Made by a program: the position numbers and the translations under genes. A stretch of DNA of 64,000 bases from assembly GCF_009914755.1 (NCBI RefSeq), contig NC_060935.1. One strand, given 5' to 3'. Under the pieces are notes generated by a model that had not been told where the DNA came from, did not search any database, and worked only from the letters and a program-made list of their open reading frames with translations. Shown here in pieces: positions 16,277 to 28,624 of this stretch. The stretch comes from the human T2T-CHM13v2.0 reference genome, Homo sapiens. Position 1 is the stretch's first letter, and every line of letters starts with the position of its first letter.

Positions 16277-16643
16277 GATTTAGTTAGTTCAGGTTGCTAT
16301 AACAAATTACACAAACTGTGTGACTTAAGCAATAGAAATTTATTTCTCACAGTTCTGGAAGCTGGGAAGTCCAAGATGAAAGCGCAGCAAATCTGGTGTC
16401 CGGTGAGGGCACTGCTTCTAGTTTGCAGATGGATGTCTTTTTCTTTTGTGCTTACATGGCAAACAACAGAGACAAAGGAAATAAGCTGTCTTGTGTCTCT
16501 CCTTATAAGGTCACTAATCTCATCGTGAAGGACCCAATCTCATGACCTGATTAGCTTCCAATGGTCTCAATTCCTAAACTATATCATTGGGGTTATGGCT
16601 TCAACATACAAATTTTGGGGGAACCAAAACTTGCAGTTTATAG
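16277..16643 (-). mobile_element. MLT1A-type MaLR solo LTR
   Basis: gctataacaaattacacaaactg...gaaatttatttctcacagttctggaagctgggaagtccaagat...ttcaacatacaaattttgggg. Confidence 0.85.
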
Positions 16644-17614
16644 AATTGATCCTCTAATACTCCTGTGTAAATTACAAATAGTGAAGTTTCCTTGGAATAG
16701 AGTATTGCTAATTCCTTCCTCCAATCCCTTGTAACATTTTACCATTCATTTCACTTATCTACGTTATATCATCAGCCAGTATCTTTTTACTGTTATTGTT
16801 AAACACCTATTTTCTTAGATCAACTGAGAAGAAAAGTAAGCACATTTATTTTACCTTCAGCTACTCCTTTTTTTATGAAGATCCGATTTTTTTGACCTAT
16901 ATTATTTTTCTTGTTCCTGAAGCACTTCTTTTAACACTGTTTTTGCAGCATTAGTCTTCTGGAAATGAATTCTTTCAACTTTAGCTTTCCCAAGGAGTTT
17001 TTATTTCTCTTTCATTTTTGAAGAAGAATTTTGTTGAATGTACCATTATAGGTTGGTTTTTGTTTATTTCATTTCAACACATTTAACATTTTACACATCT
17101 TATTTGCATGGTTTCTAATGAAATATCCAATTTAATTATTATTCTTATCTATTTGCAGCTAAGGTGTATTTTTTCAAGATTCTTTCAAATTTTTGCTGTT
17201 TGATTTTCTGTAGTTTGAAATAATATGCTTGGGGTGTGTGTGTGTGTGCACTTGGTATTTTTCCTGAATGGTGTTTTCTAACTGTCTTGGATGTGTGATT
17301 TAATTTTTATCACTGATTTAGAAACATTCTTAGCCATTATTTTATTATTACTTCAAATGTTTGTTTTTTTGTTCTTTTTCTTCTCTTGGTATTCCCACTA
17401 GATATAGGTGACATGTTTTTATATTTTGTCACAATTTTGATGCTGTTTTTGTCATTTCTTTTTTTGCTTTGCCTTTCCATTGACCTATGTTAAAGCTTAT
17501 TGACCTATCTTTAAGATCATGGAATATTTCTTTTGCTATGTCCAATCTACTGATTAACCCATCAAAAGCATTTTTTATTTCTCTTACAGTGCTTTTGATT
17601 TCTAGCATTTCCTT

Positions 17615-17866
17615 CTAATTCTTTCTTAGGGTTTCCATCTCTCTGCTTGAATTACCCTTCCCTTCTTGCATGCTGTCTACTTTTTCCATTAAAGTTCTGA
17701 ACTTCTTAATCATAATAATTTTAAATTTCCTGTCCGATAACTCTATCATCTGTGTCATATCATAACCTGGTTCTGATATGTTTTGTCTCTTAAGACTATT
17801 TATTTTTTCCTCTTGCATTTGGCTTGCCTTGTAAACTTTAGTTAAAAGAAACAAACAATGTATCAA
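17615..17866 (-). pseudogene. L1 ORF1p remnant (coiled-coil region)
   Basis: MTQMIELSDRKFKIIMIKKFRTLMEKVDSMQEGKGNSSREMETLRKN resembles old L1 ORF1p and lies at the expected position. Confidence 0.7.
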
Positions 17867-18245
17867 GTAACATGATCTGAGATAGATAGGCCTCTAGTGT
17901 GAAAACTGACTAAACTGGCTATGAATGGGACTTCTTAAAATGTTTGCTGTTTTTATGAATGCTAAAGGTTTCCAATTCCTCTAGTTTCTTTTTTTTTTTT
18001 TTTTTTTTTGCCCCTTTCCTTGACTTTGGATTTTCTTAAATATCTGTCAAAGATATCCCATATGTTGCAACTCTTTCAGCTGTAATCCACTGTTATTGTA
18101 TGGGAGCCCTATTACTATGACAGTAAGGTATGTCAGGGGTGAGGGAAGCATTCTACAGTGTTTTGATTCAATTTGTCTTAGTAGATCTTTGTCTTGGGAC
18201 CCCAACTTTCACAAGTGTTTCTCTAGTGGTATAACATTTTCTCTT

Positions 18246-19974
18246 TGTGTCCGGAATTGGTGGGTTCTTGGTCTTGCCAACTTCAAGAATGAAGCCCTGG
18301 ACCCTCACGGTGAGTGTTACAGTTCTTAAAGATGGTGTGTCTGGAGTTTGTTCCTTCAGATGCTCAGATGTGTCTGGAGTTTCTTCCTTCTGGTGGGTTC
18401 GTGGTATCGCTGACTTCAGGAGTGAAGCTGCAGACCTTCAGGGTGAGTGTTACAGCGCTTAAGGCAGCACATCTGGAGTCGTTCGTTCCTCCCGTTCAGA
18501 GTTGTTCATTCCTGCTGGTGGGTTTGTAGTCTCGCTGGCTTCAGGAGTGAAGCTGCAGACCTTCGCAGTGAGTGTTACAGCTCGTATGGACCCAAAGAGT
18601 CAGCAGCAGCAAGATTTATTGCGAACAGTGAAAGAACAAAGCTTCCACAGTGTGGAAGGGGACCCCAGCAGGTTGCCACTGCTGGCTCAGGCAGCCTGCT
18701 TTTATTCCTTTATCTGACCCCACCCACATCCTGCTGATTGGTCCATTTTACAGAGAGCTGACTGGTCTGTTTTACAGAGAACTGATTGGTCCACTTTACA
18801 GAGAGCTGATTAGTCCGTTTTGACAGCGTACTGACTGGTGCGTTTACAAACCTTTAGCTAGACACAGAGTGCTGATTGGTGCGTTTACAATCCTCTAGCT
18901 AGACACAGTGCCAGACAGAAAAGTTCTCCAAGTCTCCACTAGATTAGCTAGACACAGAGCACTGATTGGTGCATTTACAAACCTTTAGCTAGACAGAAAA
19001 GTTCTCCAAGTCCCCACTAGATTAGCTAGACACAGAGCACTGACTGGTGCATTTACAAACCTTAAGCTAGACACAGGGTGCTGATTGGTGCATTTACAAA
19101 CCTTGAGCTAGACAGAAAAGTTCTCCAAGTCCCCACTAGATTAGCTAGACACAGAGCACTGACTGGTGCATTTACAAACCTTAAGCTAGACACAGGGTGC
19201 TGATTGGTGCATTTACAAACCTTGAGCTAGACACAGAGTGCTGACTGGTGTATTTACAAAGCTTGAGCTAGACACAGAGTGCTGATTGGTACATATACAA
19301 TCCTTCAGCTAGACATAAAATTTCTCCAAGTCCCCACCCGACTCAGGACCCCAGCTGGCTTCACCTAGTGGATCCGGTGCCGGGGCCGCGGGCGCAGCTG
19401 CCTGCCAGTCCCACACAGTGCACCCGCACTCCTCAGCCCTTTGGTGGTCGATGGGACCAGGCGCCGTGAAGCAGGGGGCTGCACGTGTCAGGGAGGCTCG
19501 GGCTGCATGGGAGCCCACTGGGGGTTGGGGGGTGGGGAGGGCTCAGGCTGCAGGTCCCAAGCCCTGCCCCGTGAGGCAGCTGAGGCCCGGCGAGAATTCA
19601 AGCATGGCGTGGGTGGGCCAGCAGTGCTGGGGGACCCGACGCACCCTCCACAGCTGCTGGCCTGGGTGCTAAGCCCCTCACTGCCCGGGGCCAGTGGCGC
19701 CGGCCAGCTGCTCCAAGTGCAGGGCCCGTTGAGCCCGCACCCACCTGGAACTCGCGCTGGCCCATGAGCACCATGTGCAGCCCCAGTTCCTGCCCGCGCC
19801 TCTCCCTCCACACCTCCCCACAAGCAGAGGGAGCCGGCTCTGACCTTAGCCAGCCCAGAGGGGGGCTCCCACAGTGCAGTGGTGGGCTGAAGGGCTCCTC
19901 AAGTGCGGCCAGAGTGGACACCAAGGCTGAGGAGGCACTGAGAGCAAGGGCTGCCAGCACGTTGTCACCTCTCA
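18246..19974 (-). mobile_element. LTR12 (ERV9) solo LTR, LTR12C/D/E-like, with an expanded CCAAT repeat block
   Basis: - strand termini TGAGAGGTGACAACGTGCTGGCAG...CCAATTCCGGACACA; tandem ctgattggtgcatttacaaacctt.agctagacacagag units; flanks tctt/cctt. Confidence 0.95.
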
Positions 19975-20013
19975 CCTTCCTGCCTCTTCTTAACTTCCTT
20001 TTCTGTTTGCAAT

Positions 20014-20408
20014 TGTAACCACACAACCAGTCTAATGCTCAAGTTTGCACTTTAGGTAACCTGGGCATACACAGGTGAAGCAATCATGCAAGTATGACTA
20101 TAACCTAAGTTCTTGGTACAAGGAATAAAGAAAGAATTACGAAGCGAACACCTCATGGCATAATCCACGATTCAATCACATAGAGCCCTGGCATCGCCTC
20201 ACTGCCAGATCCAATCAGATTACAACTCATTATCCTCTACCTATAAAAACTGCCCCTGCTCCTTGTTCAGGGAGATGAATCCAAGTATTGCCTCCTGTGT
20301 CCCTAGCAGTCTATTTGCAATAAACCTTTCTCTCTATAAAAACTCAGTGCTTCAGAGTTTGGCTTTCTTTTGTGCATGGACAAAGAGACCCAGTTTGGTT
20401 CAGTAATC
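20014..20408 (+). mobile_element. Solo ERV LTR (ERVL-like, family uncertain)
   Basis: tgtaac start, ccaatc, ctataaaaa, aataaa, ggttcagtaa end; flanked by caat/caat. Confidence 0.65.
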
Positions 20409-20500
20409 CAATGCTCCCAACCGTCTCCTTGAAGTGCTACCCCTGTTGATTATGGTTTTTTTTTACCCCTTAGGTAAAAGAACTGATGGCTGGAGAGCAC

Positions 20501-21076
20501 TGAAACAGACAGATGAAAATTAAAGAAGAAATAAAAATAAAATTAAAAAGGGAAAAACAAGTTTAGAAAAAAGAATTTTTTTCTTATTTTCCTTTTTCCT
20601 TTGATAAGAGCCAACTTATGAGTTTATAGATTCCTGTTTTCTGTAACTAGTAACTTCAAGTATTCTTTTATCTGAGCAGCACAGTGAAGGTCATGAGGCA
20701 TGCCTGAGCAGGCCTGGACTGCAGCCATTTAGGCATCATAGTGAAAGTTATGAGATAAGTCTGTGCAAGGTTCTTGAGCAAGCCTAGATGACGGCCATGT
20801 AGGCCACACAGCAAGAGAATCACATGTAAGCCTGAGTTATGAACCTGTCCCAGATTGATTAACTGCTTTTGTTCTGCTTCTGTACACTCACTTTCATGCC
20901 ACTATGCTTCTTGCCATTGTGAGCTTGTTTCAAACTAGCCAACCCCTTTTCAGAAGTGTGTATAAAAGCCAAAAACTGTATTTGTTCGGGGCTCATGCTT
21001 TAAGTTATAAATATGCTGAGCCAGCACACCTCCTGTTCCACCTATTGGTCTCTTCAATCTCCTGATTTCCGCAACA
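20501..21076 (+). mobile_element. Solo ERV1 LTR (LTR4/LTR61/LTR71-like group)
   Basis: tgaaacag start with A-rich U3, gtataaaag TATA box, end cctgatttccgcaaca. Confidence 0.65.
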
Positions 21077-21375
21077 ATGGGAGAAATTCCTTTTCACAAG
21101 CTGGAATAAGGGTCTGGAATATTCCTTTTCCTTGGCTAAGTAGGCCATTGTTATGGAGAAGTTTCTGTGCTTAAACAATAATTAATCTTTCCTTCCCCTT
21201 TCCAGAGATATGAGGGGATCTTTCTCAGATAATCACAGTGAGAATCACGTGAGTGGGGTCTTTGAGGTAAGGACCAGAAAAATACATAACCCTTCTCCCT
21301 GAGACTGCAACCCAGGCCTTTAAATGTCTCCTCCCAGTACACTTTCAATTTCCAACAATTTGTCAACATTTCCCT

Positions 21376-22295
21376 TGTTAGCTTAAAAATCATGAGAGCT
21401 ATAACTTTTGATAGGAGACTGTATTTCTTGTAAAGAGTTACAGACTGCAAGGTGGCCATTCTGCTAGGCTACAAAGCATCCCTCTTGCAAAATCCTGAAA
21501 GGCAGGCACTTCAAGGGAGGAAAGGACAAGACAGTAATTTAAACTGAAGGGGCTGGCCAAACATACATATTCAACAGGTTATAGGAGGAGCTATGATTAT
21601 TCATAAAGTGGGTTCTGACATGTGCATGTTGAACAAACATGCATGTTACCTATGACCTGTGTTCACCTTGGGGTAGAGACCTAAATTAACATTTAAATGT
21701 ATTACAATTACACCCCATATGTCAAAAAGTAAAGAAGGTACACAAAGACACTGAAATGATCAACCTCTGTAAAACCAGCCAGAACTAGTGCATGGTATGT
21801 AGTCTCTTATCAGAAAAAAAAGTTACAGAAATCAACCTCTTTTGACAATGCTGTACTTACGGCTTGTGGAACAGGAGGCTCAGTTAGTGAGCATCTAGTG
21901 GAGCTGCAAATTGTTTTAATGTTGCCTATGGCAAGGCTGGTGCTTATTTAGCTGCTAGAGAAAAAGAAAAAACCTTGTGGCAGTTAGAACATAGTTTATT
22001 CTTAAGTGTTGTGGTGCATGACTCAACCCGTGCCTGGCATGGCCTTAGGTCTTGTTTATAGTTTGGTATTGACACAAGAAGTCCACTCTTTCAGCCTTAT
22101 GATCTCTATTTTAACATTACTGCTAGTTAGTTGTTGTGTTTAAACCACAAAAGGTATGTGGTATAATGAGGTTTGCCTGACCTCTGGTCCCATCATGTCC
22201 AGGAACACAATTTTTAAAGTTGCCCTGGGGTCGCCTTTGCCAAAAGGAGGTCCTTTCAGTTGATTTCGGCCTTCGGATTTTATTTTTAGTTTACA
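21376..22295 (-). mobile_element. MER4-group solo LTR (MER49/MER4D-like)
   Basis: - strand start TGTAAACTAAAAATAAAATCC; gctgctagagaaaaagaaaaaaccttgtggcagttagaacatagtttattc; flanks ccct/tcct. Confidence 0.85.
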
Positions 22296-22301
22296 TCCTT
22301 T

Positions 22302-22350
22302 AATATTACTTAACATATTACTTACTTAATATTACTTATCATATTACTTA
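22302..22350. repeat. Short tandem array of ATATTACTTA
   Basis: Four near-adjacent atattactta copies beside the LTR end. Confidence 0.75.
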
Positions 22351-22675
22351 CGGCTTCAATAGCTTCTGATCTGGGTAAGCAGATCTCGTTATTATGGATG
22401 TTCCTGTCCCTCCAGATTCAGGGTTGCATTTAGCCATTTGACATATTTTCTATGGGTCCAAGAAAAATCACTGTTTTCAGTTTTCCAGCTATTTCTTCTA
22501 AGAATGGTTGTGACAACTTTTAGTCTTTTTATATGTCAAAACTGAAATCCTTTATGTATTTATATTTTAAGCCAGCAATCTCACTTCTGCAATTTACCCA
22601 GAAGATACAGGAAAAACAAAACAAAAGTCCTCATGTACAGTGTTATTTATTGTAGCATTGTTTGTGAATTCAAAA

Positions 22676-24180
22676 TGTGTCCAGAATTGGTGGGTTCTTG
22701 GTCTCGCTGACTTCAAGAATGAAGCCGTGGACCCTCGCGGTGAGTGTTACAGTTCTTAAAGATGGTGTGTCCGGAGTTTCTTCCTTCTGGTGGGTTCATG
22801 GCCTCACTGACTTCAGAGGTGAAGCTGCAGACCTTCGCGGTGAGTGTTACAGCTCTTAAAAGCGGCATGTCTGGAGTTGTTTGTTCGTTCTGGTGGGTTT
22901 GTGGTCTCGCTGGCCTCAGGAATGAAGCTGCAGACCTTCGCAGTGAGTGTTACAGTTCATAAAGGTGGCACTTCCGGAGTTGCTCGTTCCTCCCGTCAGG
23001 AGTTGTTCATTCCTGCTGGTGGGTTCGTAGTCTTGCTGGCTTCAGGAGTGAAACTAGAGACCTTCACGGTGAGTATTACAGCTCATAAAGGCAGCGCAGA
23101 CCCAAAGAGTAAGCAGCATCAAGATTTATTGCAAAGAATGAAAGAACAAAGCTTCCACAGCGTGAAAGGGGACCTGAGCAGGTTGCCACTGCTGGCTCTG
23201 GCAGCCTGCTTTTATTCCCTTATCTGACCCCACCCACATCCTGCTGATTGGTCCATTTTACAGAGAGCTGATTGGTCCATTTTGACAGGGTGCTGATTGG
23301 TGCGTTTACAAACCTTTAGCTAGACACAGAGTGCTGACTTGTGTATTTACAATCCTTTAGCTAGATGAAAAGTTCTCCAAGTCCCCACCAGATTAGCTAG
23401 ATACAGAGAGCTGACTGGTGCATCCACAAGCCCCAAGCTAGACACAGAGTGCTGATTGGTGCATATACAATCCTCCAGCTAGACATAAAAGTACTCCAGG
23501 TCCCCACCTGACTCAGGAGCCCAGCTGGCTTAGCCTAGTGGATCCTGGGCCAGGGCTGCGGGTGGCACTCCTCAGCCCTTGGGCAGTCGAAGGGACCCGG
23601 TGCAGTGGAGCAGGGGGCAGTGCCTGTCAGGGAGGCTCGGGCTGAGAGGGAGCCCACGGCTGGGGGGAAGGGGCAGGGGGAGGTAGAGGTGAGGTAGGGG
23701 AGGTGGGAGGGTGAGGGGATGGGGAGGTTTGGCTCTGGCATGGTAGGCTGCAGGTCCTTAGCCCTGCCCTGTGGGGAGGCAGCTGAAGCCCAGCGAGAAT
23801 TCGAGCGCAGCATGGGTGGGCTGGCAGTGCTGAGGAACCTGGCCCATGCTCCGCAGCTGCTAGCCCAGGTGCTAAGCCCCTCACTACCCCGGGCCAGCGG
23901 CACCGGCCGGCTGCTCCAAGTGCGGGCCCGCCGAGCCCGTGCCCACCTGGAACTCACGCTGGCACACGAGCGCTGTGTGCAGCCCCAGTTCCCGCCCGTG
24001 CCTCTCCCTCCACACCTCCCTGCATGCAGAGGGAGCTGGCTCCAGCCCCAGCCAGCCCAGAGAGGGGCTCCCACAGTGCAGCGGCAGGCTGAAGAGCTCC
24101 TCAAGCGTGGCCAGAGTAGACGCCCAGGCTGAGGAGGCGCCCAGAGTCAGTGAGGGCTGCTAGCATGTTGTCACCTCTCA
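22676..24180 (-). mobile_element. LTR12 (ERV9) solo LTR
   Basis: Termini tgtgtccagaattggtggg...gttgtcacctctca; 4-bp TSD aaaa at 22672-22675 and 24181-24184. Confidence 0.95.
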
Positions 24181-25092
24181 AAAATACAGGAAACAATCTG
24201 CATGGCTATACGTAGATTATTTGAAAAAAAAAAGATATAATGCACAATACAATGGGGACCTTGTAAAATACATTAAGGATGTTATCCATGCACTTTTAGA
24301 GGGTTATTTTAGAAATATATTGTGAAACAAAAATAACAAATTATAAAAGAGAAAATATTGTATGCTACTTTTTTTGTAAGAAAAGAGGGACACTATACTC
24401 CTTGTGCAACAAGAAAGTAACATAATTTTGACTTGCAGTAGATTAGTAAGAACATGTTAGAAAAGATAAAAGATAAAAATAAGGTGAGAAATTGGGGAGG
24501 AGGTAATACTTCTCTGAATGCATGCTTATTATACAGTTCTGACTTTTGAGACATTGTTAATATTTCACATATTCATGAAATTTAAAAATTGATTGTACAT
24601 ACCATAGAAGAAGAAATAAACTGTACTTACTGCAAATGACAAATATAAACACAGTGAAGCATGGGAGGATATCTAATCCTAGTAACGTTGGACACAGTAT
24701 ACAATATTAGAAATATTGACCTTCAAGTAAAGACAAAAGTTCTATAAGCAGTAATGATCCCTACTTAGTAAGTTTATTTTTCATAGAGGTATAGGATGGC
24801 ACTTCTGAAACTACTTTCTCTTATTCTGTAATTAAATAAATTAAGTAAATATTTTGTGGATATGAGGAGTTAGTTATTTCAAACTTGGGGAAGAGAATTA
24901 CAAAAATGAAAAAGGGAAAACATTGAATCAACATTGTCTGGGTGTATTGTAATATAAAGTATCTGAGTAAATGCTTGGTGATAGATAGAAAGATAGATAG
25001 ATACATACATATATACATACATAGACAATTAAATAAACAGATGGTATATAGACATGCCCATGTACCATATCTATATCCTAATGTTGTCTAGT

Positions 25093-26231
25093 TGATATGG
25101 AAGGGGGACAGGGAAGTGCTGGGAATGGAAGGGCGGGTCCCTGGCAAGGGCTCCACCCCCGGACCTGTCCCCACAGACCTAGACCTAAGTCAGGACAGGC
25201 AGCCCTGCCTTTGTGCCCAAATGTTGCATTTCCTAAGACCAACCTGGCCTGCCACAGCCCCATCTGGTGCCTATAAAATACCCTGAGAGGGCTGGGCGTG
25301 GTGGCTCACGTGTGTAATCCCAGCACTTTGGATGCCAAGGTGGGCAGATCACAAGGTCAGGAGTTCGAGACCAGCCTGACCAACATGGTGAAACCCCATC
25401 TCTACTAAAAATACAAAAATTAGTTGGGCGTGGTGGTGCACATCTGTAATCCCAGCTACTTAGGAGGCTGAGGCACGAGAATCGCTTGAACCCAGGAGGT
25501 GCAGTTTGCAGTGAGCCAAGATTGTGCCACTGCATTCCAGCCTAGATGACAGAGCGAGACTCTGTCTCAAACAAACAAACAAACAAAAAAGCCCTGAGAC
25601 TCTAGCAGGCAGCCACACAATCAGCTGGACGTCGACAGGAGTGAATCAGCAAAAGAAGACACAAGCAGCTGGATGTCGAGAAGACATCGAGGGGAGCACA
25701 CCTGCGGAAGAGCATGCTGACAGGTGCCATCAGGCCAGCAGGCCATAGACTAGCAGAACGATGCGGAGGTTCGCTGGGGCAATCAGAGGAAAGCCCAGAC
25801 CACTAAGCACCCCAACTCCAGGGGAAAACCATCTCCCTTCCGGCTCCCCTATCTACTGAGAGCTACTTCCACTCAATAAAGCCTTGTACTCATTCTCCAG
25901 CCCACGTGTGATCTGACTCTTCCAATACACCAAGGCAAGAACCCAGGATACAGAAAGCCCTCTGTCCTTGCTAGTACTTGGGGGTGTAATTGAGCTGGTT
26001 AACACAAGCCACCTATAGACGGCAAAACTAAAAGAGCACACCATAGCACACACCCACTGCGGCTTCATGAGCTGTAAACATCCACCCCTAGACACTGCCA
26101 TAGGGTCGGAGCCTCACAGCCTGCCCATCTTTATGCTCCCCTAGACGTTTGAGCAGCAGGGCACTGAAGAAGTGAGCCACTCCCCATGTTGCATGCCGTG
26201 TGAGAGGGACAAGGGAACTTTTCTTCTTTCA
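25093..26231 (+). mobile_element. LTR1-family solo LTR containing an Alu
   Basis: tgatatggaagggggacagggaagtgctggg...gggacaagggaacttttcttctttca; TSD tagt at 25089-25092 and 26232-26235. Confidence 0.88.
25290..25590 (+). mobile_element. AluS with (CAAA)n tail inserted at the LTR1 TATA box
   Basis: Alu dimer; TSD aaaataccctgaga / aaaaagccctgaga. Confidence 0.93.
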
Positions 26232-27634
26232 TAGTGAGAAGGCTTAAAGCAATGCCAGTAAATAGCACTGAGCAAACATAGTGCCCATATATTTTTAGTC
26301 TAAATATTTTTTTTCTATGTATAGAAACCAAGGCTCTTTGAGTAAAGAGCTGCTTTTGGGTCTGAATCAGGAAAAATTCAGGTTGATCTTATAATATGTT
26401 CCTACGCCAGAAGTCAAAAAAGCATTGAAACCATGATGTAAATGTATCAAGAGGACACAGTAGCCAGTTTGAAAGGGCTCTCACTGGCCAAATATGGCGC
26501 ATTTGAGCATCACAATAAGTAATGATGGTATTGAACTCTCACCCACAGAATGAAGTAAAATTTCATGAGACTGTACAGATAAATAGTAAAAGAAAGATTT
26601 TCATCATGTAAGCTGAAAGAATGATGAAATTAGAACTCACTATTTGGCAATCATCAAAGAGTAATAATTAACTCAGGGAAAAATCATCATTGCATGTTAA
26701 CTCTACTGGATAAAGGTCTGAGGAATAATAGGATATTTACATAATCTTTAACTAAGCTCCCACAAGGTAACTGTTTATTACAAAGCAAAAAATAGTAACC
26801 TGACATTCATCTCTTTAACTAAAGTGACCAATGTTAAATCTGCAGTTATGGAACAAATTAACATGAGATCATTTACTTCCTGCTATGATGCACTAGGAAT
26901 AAATAGAGTATTCATTTTATAGTATCACTACCAAAAATACATTACTTGAATATATTAATAAGGAAACATGAGGTAAACCCAGATTGAGGGAAGCAATACA
27001 ACTGGTTTCTACTCTTCAAAATGTCAATGTCAGATAAAATAAACTGTGAGGAACTTTCTCAAATTAAAGAAGATAAAGAAGGATAACAACTGAAAGCAAT
27101 ACATTATTTTGAGAAAAATGGTGAGTTCACAATTAGGTATGTAGCTTAAATAATATTTTTATCAATGCTAATTTCTCAATTATGATCATTTTACTGTGTT
27201 TATATGAGAAAAATTATTTTTCCTTTTTTTGTTTTTTGTTTTTCTTTTGCTTAGAAAGTAAAAAGTATTTAGGGGTAAAGAAGCAAACTATCTGCAACTC
27301 AAATGGTTCAGAAAATAACTAGATGTATGTATGCACATATGTGTCTATATGTTTATCTATCTATTTAAAATCTAGTAAAGAGTAAAGAGGGATTCCTTGT
27401 ACTATGCTTGTACATTTTCCATAAGTCTATACATTATTTCACAATAAATACTTAGAAGAAATCTAATCTAAATATAAATTAAAATGTAAATTGCTATCAA
27501 TATTTTTATAACTACTGTGTGTCTATGTAGTCACTGTATCTCAGAGCACCACGCCATTCAAAAATATGGATATACATAAAAGTATACACATTTTTCTGAA
27601 GTTTAGAATAATAATGTGCATAATCATTACAGTT

Positions 27635-27830
27635 ACAGTTTACTGAGCACTTATAAGGCAAGTACTAAAATACATAATTTACGTATAAAATTTTGCCAAC
27701 ATTTCCAAATGCCTTTAGATAATTATCATCCACATTTCATTATTGAATAAATTAGTACTCAGAGAAGTTATTAACTCTGCCAGTTCACAAAGCAAATAAA
27801 TGGCAGAACCAGCATTTGAACACAGTTTTT
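27635..27830 (-). mobile_element. MIR
   Basis: tttactgagcacttat...actcagagaagttattaactctgccagttcacaaagcaaataaatggcagaaccagcatttgaac. Confidence 0.7.
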
Positions 27831-28624
27831 AATGTTTTCAAAGGCATTGCTTTTTAATATTATACTATTTTCCTCATTAAATATTTAAATTTATAGAGCT
27901 ACTTAAGCTTGTGCACAGGTTTTTTATTCTTCAAAGTCTCTAATACTTTGAATACAAAATAGCAACACTTATTTGCTTCTATACTTCGATGAAAAGCACT
28001 TTAAGAATATAAAACAAGAAAAGAAAAATAAGATTTAATTTTTATAAATACCTCTGAACATGTATTAGGAGGCAAGTTGCAATGGACATATACACTTGTC
28101 AAAGACTATGTTTTCCTCTTTCTTTTTTATTTTTTTTAGGTTTTCAATTCTGTCTCTCATTTACTAATTTGGCACATCATTCACCCAACCTTAGTTTATT
28201 TTCTGAAAAATAGGGATAATACCAACAACGTATCTTTGCTGTTGAGAACATTCAAATGATGTATGGACCCAGAAATGAGCTGCAAATTATACAGAACTCT
28301 ACACAGTATCAGAGTTGCTTTTTTTCCTGTTAAGAAGAGTTATTTCTATTTCAGCATTTCAAAGTGACACATAAATGTTGTTGGCATTTTAAAATGTTAT
28401 CCCCATTTTTACTTTAGAAGTGTTTAGTTTCAGGACTGTGGGGCTCACTAGAAAAAACTAGCAAAGCATTTATTTTATAGCATAAAGAAATAACTTAGAC
28501 ACAAAATGAATTAAATCAGACAATTTGAGATTGCTTATATTTCAATGATTGAATAATGATGAATAGTATTAGCAAATAAAACAAAAATTCTATTTTAATC
28601 CATTCTAATTTTCTGTGTTTCCCT

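Larger units (their letters stand above)
10331..22550 (-). mobile_element. Near full-length ancient L1MD-type element carrying multiple nested insertions
   Basis: 3' terminus near 10331, ORF2 remnants about 12.8-16.2 kb, ORF1 remnant 17615-17866, 5' UTR pieces at about 18.0-18.2, 20.4-20.5, 21.1-21.4 and 22.3-22.55 kb, all collinear. Confidence 0.75.
22551..27470 (+). mobile_element. L1MC4/5-like 3' region, split by LTR12 and LTR1
   Basis: Continues the 9455-10325 element; 3' motifs tatttaggggtaaagaagc...ctgcaactcaaatggttcagaaaa and ttccttgtactatgcttgtacattttcc. Confidence 0.7.

Noticed and set aside
18730-19340. Regular repeats of about 40 bp resembling a CRISPR array
   Set aside because: No unique spacers, no cas genes and a primate context; these are LTR12 U3 enhancer repeats.
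18247-24163. Many GC-rich ORFs of 70-190 aa on both strands
   Set aside because: All lie within LTR12; they arise from GC richness and tandem repeats and show no protein motifs.
18246-24180. The two LTR12 copies as the ends of one ERV9 provirus
   Set aside because: The sequence between them is L1 and unrelated LTRs, there is no PBS or PPT, and each copy has its own flanking duplication.
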